Counted from the first letter of the stretch, positions 10,661 through 21,039 are shown. The stretch: 45,807 nt of DNA from an uncultured delta proteobacterium (GCA_963803975.1 CAWDOY010000051.1:1-45807); one strand, 5' to 3'. Numbers and translations are program-made. The notes: a model not told the origin generated them from the letters alone.

Positions 10661-11661
10661 AACTCAACCACACATCCTCTGCTTTGCAATGACCTGTTTG
10701 CAGCCTCAAGCATTTTTATTACTGAAAGCCCTGAGTAACCATCATTTACATTCTTGCCGCCGTTATTTATGCAATCTATAAAATGTTTGATTTCAAGTTT
10801 GAGTGCTTCTGTTTGGTCAACTTTTGGAGCCCACATATCTCCTGAGCGGTAACTCACCAGCAAATTATAAACACCCTCGGCATTGGTAATATCAACCCCT
10901 TTGTCATATATTTTAATTTTATCAGCAGGTTCCAGATCATTCCAGACCAGCATCTTTTTCTGCCCGCACAGCAGTGTTGTACGTACCTTAACCGGTGACA
11001 GCCAGTTTACATTGATGTGTGCAATAATATTGTTGGGGAAATACACGGTAACAAATGCGATATTTTCCATGCCGTGATTTAGATGGGCGGCACCGGTCGC
11101 GGATACTGCAACAGGTTTTTCAGATATCAAATAATCCATAATTGCCAGGTCGTGAGGTGCAAGGTCCCAGATTACATTTACATCATGCTGGAAGAGTCCC
11201 AGGTTTACTCTCATTGAATCGAAATAGTATATATCTCCTAAATCACCTGTATCTATGATCTCTTTGATTTTCCGCACCGCGCCGGTGAAAATGAAGGTGT
11301 GGTCAACCATAATCCTGAGCTTATTCTTCTCCGCAAGCTCTATGAGCTGTTCTGCCTGCTCAGCGGTTGCAGTGAATGGCTTTTCAACAAACACGTGTTT
11401 GCCATTCTCGAGTGCTTTTTTTGCCAGCTCAAAATGCGTACTGACCGGTGTGACGATTGCTACCGCATCAATATCAGGTGAACCAGTTATTGCGGTGTAG
11501 TCATCTGTCAGTTCAACGCCAGGGCAAGCTTTGCTGGCACGTTTTAGCGCATTGGGATTCTTGTCTGCAATAGTACCAACCGTAACACCGTCTATTCCCA
11601 TAATGTTTCTTACAATGTTCGGTCCCCAATAGCCGTAGCCAATAACACCAAAGGTAATCAT
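10657..11661 (-). CDS. Gfo/Idh/MocA family oxidoreductase, WbpB/GnnA-like NDP-sugar 3-dehydrogenase
   Basis: Rossmann motif GVIGYGYWG, GKHVFVEKP and WDLAPHD. Its end overlaps the acetyltransferase start by 4 bp. Confidence 0.9.
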   Translation of the reverse strand: MITFGVIGYGYWGPNIVRNIMGIDGVTVGTIADKNPNALKRASKACPGVELTDDYTAITGSPDIDAVAIVTPVSTHFELAKKALENGKHVFVEKPFTATAEQAEQLIELAEKNKLRIMVDHTFIFTGAVRKIKEIIDTGDLGDIYYFDSMRVNLGLFQHDVNVIWDLAPHDLAIMDYLISEKPVAVSATGAAHLNHGMENIAFVTVYFPNNIIAHINVNWLSPVKVRTTLLCGQKKMLVWNDLEPADKIKIYDKGVDITNAEGVYNLLVSYRSGDMWAPKVDQTEALKLEIKHFIDCINNGGKNVNDGYSGLSVIKMLEAANRSLQSRGCVVEL

Positions 11662-11697
11662 TTTTACTCTCTCTCTATCTCTGAATAGGCATCTTTT

Positions 11698-12910
11698 TCA
11701 GTCCGCACCCTTCTGGGATAGCACCGCTCTAACCGTCTGCAGCATAATCTTAAAATCCAGCATTAAACTCCACTGCCGGGCATACTGCACGTCCAGCCGC
11801 ACCGCCTCATCAAAAGTTATTGAGCTGCGCCCGCGTATCTGCCACAGCCCGGTTATCCCCGGCTTCACATCAAGCACCCGCTTTTTATGCCAGTGGTCAT
11901 ATTCAGACACTTCATAGGGGATGGGCGGCCGCGGCCCCACCAGGCTCATGTCTCCGGCCAGCACATTGAAAAACTGCGGCAGCTCATCCAGACTTGTTTT
12001 TCTTAATAACCGGCCCAACGGCGTGATGCGCGCATCCTTCGTCATCTTAAATACGGGTTTATGCTGTGTCCCCATATTTATATTTTTCATGATTGCCGTT
12101 TATGAACTGCTTCATATAGTCCCGGTGCGTCTGATCAACAGCGCCCAGGTGCATGGTGCGAAATTTCAGGAAGGTGAATTTCTTTCCATAATACCCCACC
12201 CGGGTCTGCGTGAACAGCACCGGACCCTTTGAAGTGCATTTAATGCCGATCGCAATGAGCGCCATCAGCGGCAAAGAAACTATCAGGGCTGCGACCGCTC
12301 CCACAACATCGATGATTCGTTTCAGCACGAGCTGCACGTGCTTGCCGGCACGGGTGTCTTCAATCTCAAGCACATGCATCAGTTCATAGGGAATTGCTTC
12401 AGGTAGCTGCTGCGGGGACGGAAAGTTCATCTTGAAAAAAAGCGATGTACCCTGCGGGTGCTGTTTGGCCGGGGGATTTACGCTTTGCAAATCGCCACAG
12501 CTGCGGTCCGCGGGGTAGGTGCAGACTTTTAAAATCCGGAGGCTAACATCCGGGTCACTGAGTGCGGCCAGTCTTTTATTAAGCTTCCCGGCTACTGACG
12601 CTGCCCCCTCTTGATCGGTGTCCGGCAGTAGCACGCTAATGCAGTTATTATCGAGGATGCCAATGCGATCTATCATCCGCAGCGATTGTGAGAGCTGCCT
12701 GGCTGCTGACAGCTCTAATTGTTCCGTGTGCCCGTTGCCCCCGATTACTGCGACATGCAGCAGGGAGAAGGGTGCGCCGCCCCGGTCTGAGCGCTCCCGC
12801 TCATAACGCACTAATTGCGCAAAGGTGGTGTGGTCAAGGACATTGTGCGCAGCTGCTTTGGCGTTTTTATCACTGCCGTTTAGAGCTTTTAAATTTAGCC
12901 GTGCGTTCAT
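11698..12910 (-). CDS. Priming phosphoglycosyl transferase (bacterial sugar transferase) with N-terminal degenerate GGDEF-like domain; one frameshift near 12070-12090
   Basis: KRIIDVVGA, TM helix and KFRTM in ORF 12059-12910. DARITPLGRLLRKTSLDELPQFFNVLAGDMSLVGPRP and KPGITGLWQ in ORF 11698-12090. Confidence 0.9.
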
Positions 12911-12953
12911 AAGGGCTTTAATAAATTACCGATTTGTGCTTCTTTGGTATTGT

Positions 12954-12992
12954 CTGCTGACTGCCTGAAGTAAATAAGCAGGCAATCAGCAG
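12954..12992. promoter_or_regulatory. 14-bp hairpin in the 5' leader of the glycan operon
   Basis: CTGCTGACTGCCTG-N11-CAGGCAATCAGCAG. The single mismatch becomes a G-U pair on the minus-strand transcript. Confidence 0.6.
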
Positions 12993-13169
12993 GGGTTTAT
13001 TTTTTTATCTCCAGCAAATCATTTGCTAATAATAGAGCACTTTCTTTGTTATTTCAACTACTAATCATTCCAGTGGCAAAAATGTAGGCAGATTTTTAAT
13101 TTTTATCATTACCTCTTACATTAGTCGCTTTAGTTGTTTTTCTCGTCACCAACTTCTTTTTCGTGACAC

Positions 13170-13198
13170 AATATAATCTAAAAAAGTATAAATGTCAA
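13170..13198 (-). promoter_or_regulatory. Sigma70-type promoter for the glycan operon
   Basis: Minus strand reads TTGACA (13198-13193), 17 nt, TATATT (13175-13170). Confidence 0.7.
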
Positions 13199-13658
13199 TA
13201 TAAAAGAAAATTTTTATGGCTGATAAAAAAATATATTTTTATCGATTATAATTTTTATCGGAATTTCCGGTTAGGCTTTTGCAAAAAGATTATAATGATC
13301 GAATGAACACAGAAAAAAACAGCATATGGCGTCAAATTTTGTTGGACATTTCTGGATCCTAATGTGTGGTCTTTAATTAATTAAGCAATTAATATTGTTT
13401 TATAAATATACCATGCCCCGCACACTGAATCCTTGGGACAAGAACACAAAAAAACGCCATCTTCGATGATTTGTTTAAACCCAGTACCACCATATTGCCG
13501 GACGCGCCCGCACTTGAGGCACGGGGCGACCAACCATTACCAAATGGCATTTAAACACCAACTCAAAGAGAGGATATATTGATTTTTAGTTGAAATTTGA
13601 GGTATTGGCTCCCCCTCATATATCTATTACGGTATAATTAAGATAAATTATGTAAATA

Positions 13659-13687
13659 ATTATATTGGACTTGGAGCAAAATGTCAA
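13659..13687 (-). promoter_or_regulatory. Perfect-consensus sigma70 promoter
   Basis: Minus strand reads TTGACA (13687-13682), 17 nt, TATAAT (13664-13659). Confidence 0.75.
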
Positions 13688-13765
13688 TAACCAAAAAAGG
13701 CTATTTTACAGAATATTTTATATTAGTTTTTTAAATTAAAATTTCTTAATATCGTTAAAAATTTT

Positions 13766-14257
13766 ATGTATAGAAGAATAATTGCAAAAGGTGACAGTGA
13801 TGTAGATGGGATAGAAAATGTATGCGACAGCAACCCATGTTATATTAATGTCGGTATCGGTTCTGCTGCAAAAGAACCAACAGACACTGATTGTGATGGT
13901 ATGGCTGATAACGATGAACCCCCCACAGTTATAGAACTATCTCGTTTTATTGCCATCTAACAATCAGGCCAAGTTCACATTGCAGGGGAGACCGAATCCG
14001 AAATCAACAATGTTGGTTTTAATATCTATCGTTCTTCAACAGAAGGTGGAGAATACAACATGATTAATTCATCCTTAATCCACTCCAAATGCTCGCCCAC
14101 CCAGGGTGCATCTTATGAATTCACTAATAATGATGTTCAGAACAGAAAGACTTATTACTATAAGCATAAACTGGAAGATATTGACCTGAAGGGTAAGTCA
14201 ATTATGCACGGTCCGGTGAGTGCAACACCAAGGCTTATATTAGGGTTTTGGAATTAG
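13766..14257 (+). pseudogene. Remnant of the C-terminus of a secreted protein (Asp-rich Ca-binding-like motifs plus FnIII/Ig-like terminal domain), with an in-frame TAA at 13958-13960
   Basis: ORFs 13766-13960 and 14060-14257 are in the same frame. Read-through gives PTVIELSRFIAI*QSGQVHIAGETESEINNVGFNIYRSSTEGGEYNMINSSLI...GASYEF...VQNRKTYYY...LEDID...HGPVSATPR. There is no signal peptide. Confidence 0.65.
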
Positions 14258-14291
14258 TGGTCATGGATAGCAAAAACTGAATTTACACAAC

Positions 14292-14323
14292 AAAAGCGAA
14301 GTCAGTATTGGCTCCGCTTTTTT
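14292..14323 (+). terminator. Probable intrinsic terminator
   Basis: AAAAGCGAAGTCA-GTAT-TGGCTCCGCTTTTTT, an imperfect stem followed by a T-run. Confidence 0.55.
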
Positions 14324-14380
14324 GCGTCATAGATACTTTGCATCTCATTCCTACTATACAATTACTATACAGTGGAAAAC

Positions 14381-14413
14381 AAAAAAAGCACTCAGCAATG
14401 ATGCTAAGTGCTT
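14381..14413 (-). terminator. Intrinsic terminator downstream of tRNA-Thr
   Basis: Minus strand AAGCACTTAGCA-TCAT-TGCTGAGTGCTT followed by TTTTT. Confidence 0.75.
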
Positions 14414-14421
14414 GATTTTAC

Positions 14422-14496
14422 TGGAGCCGGCGCTCGGACTTGAACCGAGGACCTGCTGATTACGAATCAGCTGCTCTACCACTGAGCTACGCCGGC
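14422..14496 (-). tRNA. tRNA-Thr (anticodon CGT)
   Basis: Reverse complement GCCGGCGTAGCTCAGTGGTAGAGCAGCTGATTCGTAATCAGCAGGTCCTCGGTTCAAGTCCGAGCGCCGGCTCCA folds as a cloverleaf. Anticodon arm GCTGA-TTCGTAA-TCAGC, T-loop GTTCAAG, CCA encoded. Confidence 0.97.
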
Positions 14497-14522
14497 CCAT
14501 TTCGCATAATTTTAAGGAAATT

Positions 14523-14551
14523 ATTCTACCATGATACCGGAAGGATGCCAA
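14523..14551 (-). promoter_or_regulatory. Sigma70-type promoter of tRNA-Thr
   Basis: TTGGCA-N17-TAGAAT with an extended TG motif. Confidence 0.65.
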
Positions 14552-14557
14552 GCCTCT

Positions 14558-15227
14558 TTATAAATAGGAAAAGAAAGCCCTCTTGATAAATTCAAAGTTT
14601 CTTTTTACGTCCTGTTTCCCCTGGACAATTTCATTGTGCCCGGGAAGGAGGTATTCCACATCAAGCGCCGACAGCCGCTCAATGCTCTGCTTCATCGCCT
14701 CTCCGCTGCAGCCGGGAAAGTCAGTCCTGCCGATGCTCTGACTGAATACCACGTCGCCTGAAACGAGCGCCTTCTGCTCCGGCCAGTAGAGACAAATCGA
14801 GCCGGGAGAGTGGCCGGGCGTGAGCAGAACCTCAAGCTCTATATCATTGAGCTTGAAGGGACCCTCGGTAAGGCTGATGTCAATCTGGCCGCTGGGCTCC
14901 TCCAGGCCGAACATCCTGAAAAAGTCCTTTCCGGTTGACCTGGAGAAATTTATCTTCCTCTTCAGAGAGCGCTATTTTAATAGAGCGCTCCAGAAAATAG
15001 GCATTGCCGTCCAGATGATCGGGGTGTCCGTGGGTATTGATGACCAGGCTGACAGCATCCTGCTTGATGCCGTCCTGCTCAACCGATATGAGCAGCGCCG
15101 GCACATAGCGCTTGAGCCCGGGGTCAATCAGGATAACGGTCTCATTTTTTTTCAGTATATAGCTGTTGCAGTTGTTCTCCCACATGTTGGTCCACGGGTA
15201 GCAGTAGATTCCGTCGTTTAGCTTCAT
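14558..15227 (-). CDS. MBL-fold metallo-hydrolase (glyoxalase II-like), one frameshift near 14900-14940
   Basis: NTHGHPDHLDG in ORF 14880-15257. TPGHSPG, SGDVVF, GRTDF and PGH in ORF 14558-14914. ATG at 15227 follows AGGAGAGG. Confidence 0.9.
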
Positions 15228-15541
15228 CGGTCCTCTCCTTTTTTTAAACCAGTACACAGAGGAATATTTATTTCAAAACAGAGTTAAAAAAGAAACAAAC
15301 TATTCTTCATTGTTCACCTGGGAACGCTTAGTGATTATCGTGTCGCAGCTTTTTTATCTTTTCGTTTATCTTAAGGATTACATGTAAGAAAGAGTACACA
15401 GAGAATTTCTCTGCGGACCCGGTGCTTTTAATTTTACCGTAGGGATAAACGGGTAATTGTGATAAAAGGTCTTGGAATGATTTACCTTATCGAGTTAAAA
15501 AGTGCAAGAGTGAAATCAGCTCTATCAACCAGGCGCACCGT

Positions 15542-17503
15542 ATGCGTTTTTCAAAAACAGATACCGTTACCCTTGAGGAAATTTTTAGTGAACAGGGACT
15601 GTTAGCTGCAGCCCTGCCGCAGTTTGAACTGCGTCCCGGCCAGCTTAACTTTGCCCGTGCCGTACAGCAGGCAATAGAGCGCCGGCATTTTCTGCTCGCG
15701 GAGGCAGGCACTGGAACAGGAAAGACCCTTGCCTATCTTATCCCGGCACTGCTGAGCAGAAAGAAAGTGGTGGTGTCCACCGGCACCAAAACGCTTCAGG
15801 AACAGGTGTTCTATAAAGATATCCGGTTTCTGAAAGATCTGCTCCCGGTCGCGTTCACTGCCGCGCTCATGAAGGGCAAAGCAAACTATCTCTGCCTGCG
15901 AAAGTTCAGGCAGTTTCAGAAACAGCCGCTGTTTGATTTCGTGGACGAGGCAAAATTCTTTGAGCAGATAGCAGCATGGGCGCATACGACGACGACCGGT
16001 GACCGCGCCGAAATCAGCGGCCTTCCTGATGCCTGTCCGCCGTGGGACCGGATAGCGTCACACCGGGATACCTGCTCGGGCCCGAAATGCCCGCTGTACA
16101 AGGAGTGCTTTGTCACGCTGATGCGGCAGCGTGCGGCCAAAGCTGACATCATTGTGGTCAACCATCACCTGTTCATGACTGATGTCATTATCCGCAGCGC
16201 CGGCTTCGGCGAGATAGTGCCGGAATATGACGTCATCATTTTTGATGAAGCCCACCAGCTCGAAGCAGTTGCTACCCAGCACCTGGGGCTCACCGTTTCC
16301 CATTACCGCATTGAAGAGCTGGTCAGGGACACCCAGCGGGAGCTGGCCTCTGCCGGAGCAGAGATAGCTAAGTCGCTCGCTAAATTCATGACCGCGCTGC
16401 TGGCATGCTCGCAGGAATTCTTCAACCGTTTCTGCCGGGGGCTCGAGAGCTATAGAATACGCGAAGAGCATCTTGCACCACCGGTATGGGATGCGTGTGA
16501 GACCTTGAAAGACAACCTGGGCATCCTGGGCAGCCGCATTGACAGCCTGCCGAAGAAGACCGATGAGCTTGAAACCTGCCGCTCCCGGGCGCAGCTCATC
16601 ATTGGGGAGCTGGCAGCAGTTCTCGAGCAGAAAAATCCGGCGCGCGTTTCCTGGTGTGAAATTCGCGGCAGGGCCGTGTTCCTTCACTCCTCTCCGGTTG
16701 AGGTGGGGGCGGAATTTGAGCAGCTGATCTACCCGTACGTTAACACCGTGATATGTACCTCTGCCACGCTTTCCACGGGAGGGAACTTCTCTTATTTTAA
16801 GCGGCGGCTGGGCCTGGACCGGATAGCACCGCCGGAGGAGATCATAGAGCCGTCCCATTTTGATTTTTCCTCCCAGGCGCTCCTCTACCTGCCGGATACC
16901 ATCCCGGCCCCGGACAGCGCCGAGTTTATTGCCCGCGCTGCCGGTCACGTGGAGACCCTGGTAACCCTCAGCAGAGGACGGGCATTTGTTCTATTTACCA
17001 GCTACCGGAACATGGAAGAGGCTTTTGCGCTGCTGCAGGAGCGGCTGCCCTTTACCGTGCTGCTGCAGGGAACAAAACCGCGCTCAGAGCTGCTGCTGCA
17101 GTTTAAAGAGGATCTGTCGTCGGTGCTGTTTGCCACCAGCAGCTTCTGGGAAGGGGTGGACGTGGTGGGAGAAGCGCTCTCCTGCGTGATTATCGATAAG
17201 CTGCCCTTTGCCTCACCAAATGATCCCCTGGTTGAGGCGCGCATTGAGAGACTTACCGCGGCAGGGGAAAACCCTTTCTTGAGCTATCAGGTGCCGCAGG
17301 CGATTATCGCCTTGCGCCAGGGGTTTGGCCGGCTCATCCGCAGCAGGAATGACCGGGGCATTCTCTGCATCCTGGACCGGCGCATCCATACCCGCAGTTA
17401 TGGAAAGCTCTTTTTGCAGAGCCTCCCCCCCTGCCCGGTTACTAAAAGCATCGCTGCGGTGAAGCAGTTTATAGAGCAGGAAAACTGTGCCGCTGAATGC
17501 TGA
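15542..17503 (+). CDS. ATP-dependent DNA helicase, DinG/YoaA family (Fe-S)
   Basis: Q motif RPGQ, Walker A EAGTGTGKT, Fe-S Cys cluster, DEAH box, FWEGVD and QGFGRLIR. Confidence 0.93.
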   Translation: MRFSKTDTVTLEEIFSEQGLLAAALPQFELRPGQLNFARAVQQAIERRHFLLAEAGTGTGKTLAYLIPALLSRKKVVVSTGTKTLQEQVFYKDIRFLKDLLPVAFTAALMKGKANYLCLRKFRQFQKQPLFDFVDEAKFFEQIAAWAHTTTTGDRAEISGLPDACPPWDRIASHRDTCSGPKCPLYKECFVTLMRQRAAKADIIVVNHHLFMTDVIIRSAGFGEIVPEYDVIIFDEAHQLEAVATQHLGLTVSHYRIEELVRDTQRELASAGAEIAKSLAKFMTALLACSQEFFNRFCRGLESYRIREEHLAPPVWDACETLKDNLGILGSRIDSLPKKTDELETCRSRAQLIIGELAAVLEQKNPARVSWCEIRGRAVFLHSSPVEVGAEFEQLIYPYVNTVICTSATLSTGGNFSYFKRRLGLDRIAPPEEIIEPSHFDFSSQALLYLPDTIPAPDSAEFIARAAGHVETLVTLSRGRAFVLFTSYRNMEEAFALLQERLPFTVLLQGTKPRSELLLQFKEDLSSVLFATSSFWEGVDVVGEALSCVIIDKLPFASPNDPLVEARIERLTAAGENPFLSYQVPQAIIALRQGFGRLIRSRNDRGILCILDRRIHTRSYGKLFLQSLPPCPVTKSIAAVKQFIEQENCAAEC

Positions 17504-17663
17504 TGGCGGTATCCATGAGCATGCGGCGGGCACTGCTTGCAGCAGCAGCCGTCCACGCGTGCATACAAAACTGCTCTTGACCGTGAAGAAAAAATATTAT
17601 ATCAATTAGTTTATCTACCAGCAAATGATGCTGATACAGCCTTTCAGAAAGAGAGAACCAGTT

Positions 17664-20063
17664 ATGGTATTTAGTGCCGAAAAAGACCCCATCGAGATCC
17701 CCAATGTCCTGCCGCTTCTGCCGGTGCGGGATATCGTGGTCTACTCATATATGTTTCTGCCGCTCTTTGTGGGCAGGGAATCCTCCATCATGGCGGTAGA
17801 CGAGGCGATGAAAAAGAACCGCCTGATACTGCTTGCCACCCAGAAAAACCCGGCTGAAGATAATCCCACACCCAATGACATCTATCCGGTGGGCACCGTG
17901 GCGATGATCATGCGCAAGCTGAAGCTCCCGGACAACCGCATCAAGATACTTATCCAGGGGCTGGTCAAGGCCCGCATCAAGAAGTACACCCAGGAATCGC
18001 CGGTATACATGGTCGAGATCGAGAAGATGATTGAACCGGTGTTCGGGGACGTAAGCGTTGAGATAGAGGCGCTGATGCGCAATGTCAAGGAGCAGTGTGA
18101 AAAGATTCTGTCCCTCAAAGGGCTGATATCGTCGGAGATACTGGAGATACTGGAAAATGTGAACGACCCGGGGAGGCTTGCGGACCTGGTCGCCTCCAAC
18201 CTGAAGTTGAACATCGAGGAGTCACAGCGCATCCTTGAGATCGTTGATCCGGTGGTGCGGCTGAAAAAAGTGCATGAACATCTCACCAAAGAGCTTGAGC
18301 TCTCCACCATGCAGGCCAAAATCCAGTCTCAGGCCAAGGAGGAGATGTCCAAGACCCAGCGCGATTATTTTCTCCGCGAGCAGCTGCGCGCCATTAAGTC
18401 AGAGCTCGGGGACCTGGATGACAAGGCCCAGGAGATAAACGAGTTCTCGCAGAAGATTGAAAAGGCAAAGATGCCGCCTGATGCGGAAAAAGAGTCGCGC
18501 AAGCAGCTGAGCCGACTGGAGCAGATGCACCCTGATTCTGCTGAAGCATCCATTGTGCGCACCTATCTTGACTGGATGATTGACGTGCCCTGGAGCATTT
18601 CCACCAAAGATAATCTTGATATCAAAAAAGCCAAGCGCGTGCTTGATGAAGACCACTACGACCTGGACAAAGTGAAAGAGCGCATCCTGGAATACCTGTC
18701 GGTGAGGAAACTGAAAAAGAAGATGAAGGGGCCCATCCTCTGTTTTGTGGGACCTCCGGGGGTGGGAAAGACCTCGCTGGGCAAATCCATTGCCCGGGCG
18801 CTGGGGCGCAAGTTTGTGCGCATATCGCTCGGCGGCATCCGCGATGAAGCGGAAATCAGGGGCCACCGCCGCACCTACATTGGCGCGCTCCCCGGGAGAA
18901 TTATACAGGGCCTTAAGCAGGCGGGAACCAACAACCCGATCTTCATGATGGATGAGATTGACAAGGTCGGTACTGATTTCCGCGGCGACCCTTCTGCAGC
19001 GCTGCTTGAAGTGCTTGACCCGGAACAGAATTTTGCGTTCAGCGACCATTATTTAAATATTGCCGTTGATCTCTCCAATGTCCTGTTCATCACCACCGCA
19101 AACCTGGCTGACCCGATTCTGCCGGCGCTGAAAGACCGCATGGAGACTATCGAGCTTTCGGGGTACACTGATGAAGAGAAGCTGAAAATCACCCGGCAGT
19201 TCATATTTCCGCGGCAGCTGGAGGAAAACGGTATCACGCCAAAGGATCTGGATATATCCGACGAGGCGATACTTGCGGTCATCAACCAGTACACGATGGA
19301 GGCCGGGCTGCGCAATCTGGAGCGGGAGATCGGCAGTATCTGCCGCAAAACCGCCCGCAGCATCGCCGAAGGCAAAACGGAAAAAACAAAAATTTCGCGC
19401 AGCAGCCTGCATAAATTCCTGGGTGCGCCCAAGCGCCTGCCCGAGGAGGGACAGGAGACCCATGAAGTGGGCATCGCAACCGGGCTTGCCTGGACGCAGG
19501 CCGGGGGAGATATCCTCTACATCGAGGCGACCATTTTGATCGGCAAGGGCGGCCTGGTCCTTACCGGATCGCTGGGCGACGTGATGAAAGAGTCCGCGCA
19601 AGCCGCGCTTTCCTACACGCGCTCCCGGGCAAAGAGTCTCGGCATCAATGCCAACTTTTTTGAAAAGCATGACATCCATGTCCATGTACCGGCCGGCGCC
19701 ATACCCAAAGACGGGCCATCTGCCGGCGTAACCATGGCAGTGGCATTAATATCAGCGCTGACCAGGCTTCCGGTAAGCAAGGATGTGGCCATGACCGGCG
19801 AGATTACGCTGCGCGGCAGGGTGCTGCCGGTGGGAGGACTCAAGGAAAAGTCTCTTGCCGCCCTGCGCCAGAATATTAAAACCATTATCATCCCCGAGCG
19901 CAACCGCAAAGACCTTGAGGACATTCCCCAGACCATCCGCAACAAGGTCAACTATGTTTTTGCCCGTCACATGGATGATATACTCGACATAGCGCTGCTG
20001 AAAAAGAAACGCCCCACATTGAAAAAAAATCAGGACCAGCGTGGAGTTAAAAAAGCTAGGTGA
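17664..20063 (+). CDS. lon: ATP-dependent protease La
   Basis: LPLLPVRD N-domain, [21 protein letters not shown] and catalytic PKDGPSAG. An alternative upstream ATG is at 17625. Confidence 0.97.
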   Translation: MVFSAEKDPIEIPNVLPLLPVRDIVVYSYMFLPLFVGRESSIMAVDEAMKKNRLILLATQKNPAEDNPTPNDIYPVGTVAMIMRKLKLPDNRIKILIQGLVKARIKKYTQESPVYMVEIEKMIEPVFGDVSVEIEALMRNVKEQCEKILSLKGLISSEILEILENVNDPGRLADLVASNLKLNIEESQRILEIVDPVVRLKKVHEHLTKELELSTMQAKIQSQAKEEMSKTQRDYFLREQLRAIKSELGDLDDKAQEINEFSQKIEKAKMPPDAEKESRKQLSRLEQMHPDSAEASIVRTYLDWMIDVPWSISTKDNLDIKKAKRVLDEDHYDLDKVKERILEYLSVRKLKKKMKGPILCFVGPPGVGKTSLGKSIARALGRKFVRISLGGIRDEAEIRGHRRTYIGALPGRIIQGLKQAGTNNPIFMMDEIDKVGTDFRGDPSAALLEVLDPEQNFAFSDHYLNIAVDLSNVLFITTANLADPILPALKDRMETIELSGYTDEEKLKITRQFIFPRQLEENGITPKDLDISDEAILAVINQYTMEAGLRNLEREIGSICRKTARSIAEGKTEKTKISRSSLHKFLGAPKRLPEEGQETHEVGIATGLAWTQAGGDILYIEATILIGKGGLVLTGSLGDVMKESAQAALSYTRSRAKSLGINANFFEKHDIHVHVPAGAIPKDGPSAGVTMAVALISALTRLPVSKDVAMTGEITLRGRVLPVGGLKEKSLAALRQNIKTIIIPERNRKDLEDIPQTIRNKVNYVFARHMDDILDIALLKKKRPTLKKNQDQRGVKKAR

Positions 20064-21039
20064 GTTTGGCCTCATTGATAGAATTGCCCGTCTGGCCCCC
20101 GTCGCCCCCGCTGACATCCTCAAGGGTATTGGCGATGATGCAGCCGTCATCTCTATAGATAAAACCAGGCGCCTGCTGTGCACCACCGATACCCTCGTCG
20201 AAGGCATCCACTTTGAAACCTCCTTTACCCCGCCCTATCTGCTGGGGAAAAAATGCCTGGCGGTAAACTTAAGCGATATTGCGGCCATGGGCGGCACGCC
20301 GCGCTGCTTTGTTGTTTCCCTGTCCATCCCGCCGGGCATTTCCTACGAGTTCATTAAAAAACTCTATGCCGGGATCTACGCGCAGGCGAAAAAATTTGGC
20401 GTCAGCCTGGTTGGCGGAGATACCACTGCTGCGCCTGATAAGCTGGTCATAACCATTGCCCTGCTGGGCATGGCCCGCAGCGGTGCGGGTCGTCTATCGC
20501 CATGGTGCCCGCAGCGGAGATGCCATTTATGTGACCGGGTTTCTCGGCGACTCAGCGCTGGGCCTTTCACTGCTCAAGGAAAATAAGGCGGGGTCGCCGG
20601 GAATTTTCTGCTTAAACAGCATCTTGACCCGGAGCCGCGGGTGGCGGAAGGAAAAGAAATAGCACGGCGCAAGGCTGCCAGCAGCATGATTGATGTCAGT
20701 GACGGCCTGCTTGCCGACCTGCGGCACATCCTTGAAGAGAGTGGTGTCGGCGCGCGGCTGTGGCTTGAGCAGCTGCCGCTGTCTCCCCGCTACCGCAAAA
20801 GCGCTGCAGCCGCGGTTCAGCCGATTACTATAGCAGCGGCGCTGTGCGGCGGCGAAGACTATGAGCTGTTGTTTACCGTGCCGCCGGAGAAAGAAAAAAC
20901 CATTACCGCGCTGCGGAAAATGTTCAGCGTTCCGCTGACCCGGATCGGAGAAGTGACCGGAAACAAGGGCGAGCTGAAAATTCTTGATGAAAGCGGCCGG
21001 GAAGTTTCGTATAAGAAGGAGGGGTTCACCCACTTTTAA
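20041..21039 (+). CDS. thiL: Thiamine-phosphate kinase (frameshifted by probable read errors)
   Basis: [23 protein letters not shown] and GGDT in the first [21 protein letters not shown] and GFTHF in ORF 20641-21039. Confidence 0.92.

Noticed and set aside
14354..14551. 65-aa ORF on the minus strand
   Set aside because: It overlaps the tRNA-Thr gene and its terminator, so it is spurious.
15602..20207. Long antisense or alternate-frame ORFs over the DinG and lon genes (e.g. 16058-16948, 18399-19049, 19053-19685)
   Set aside because: They are shadows of well-conserved genes in GC-rich coding DNA, with no motifs of their own.
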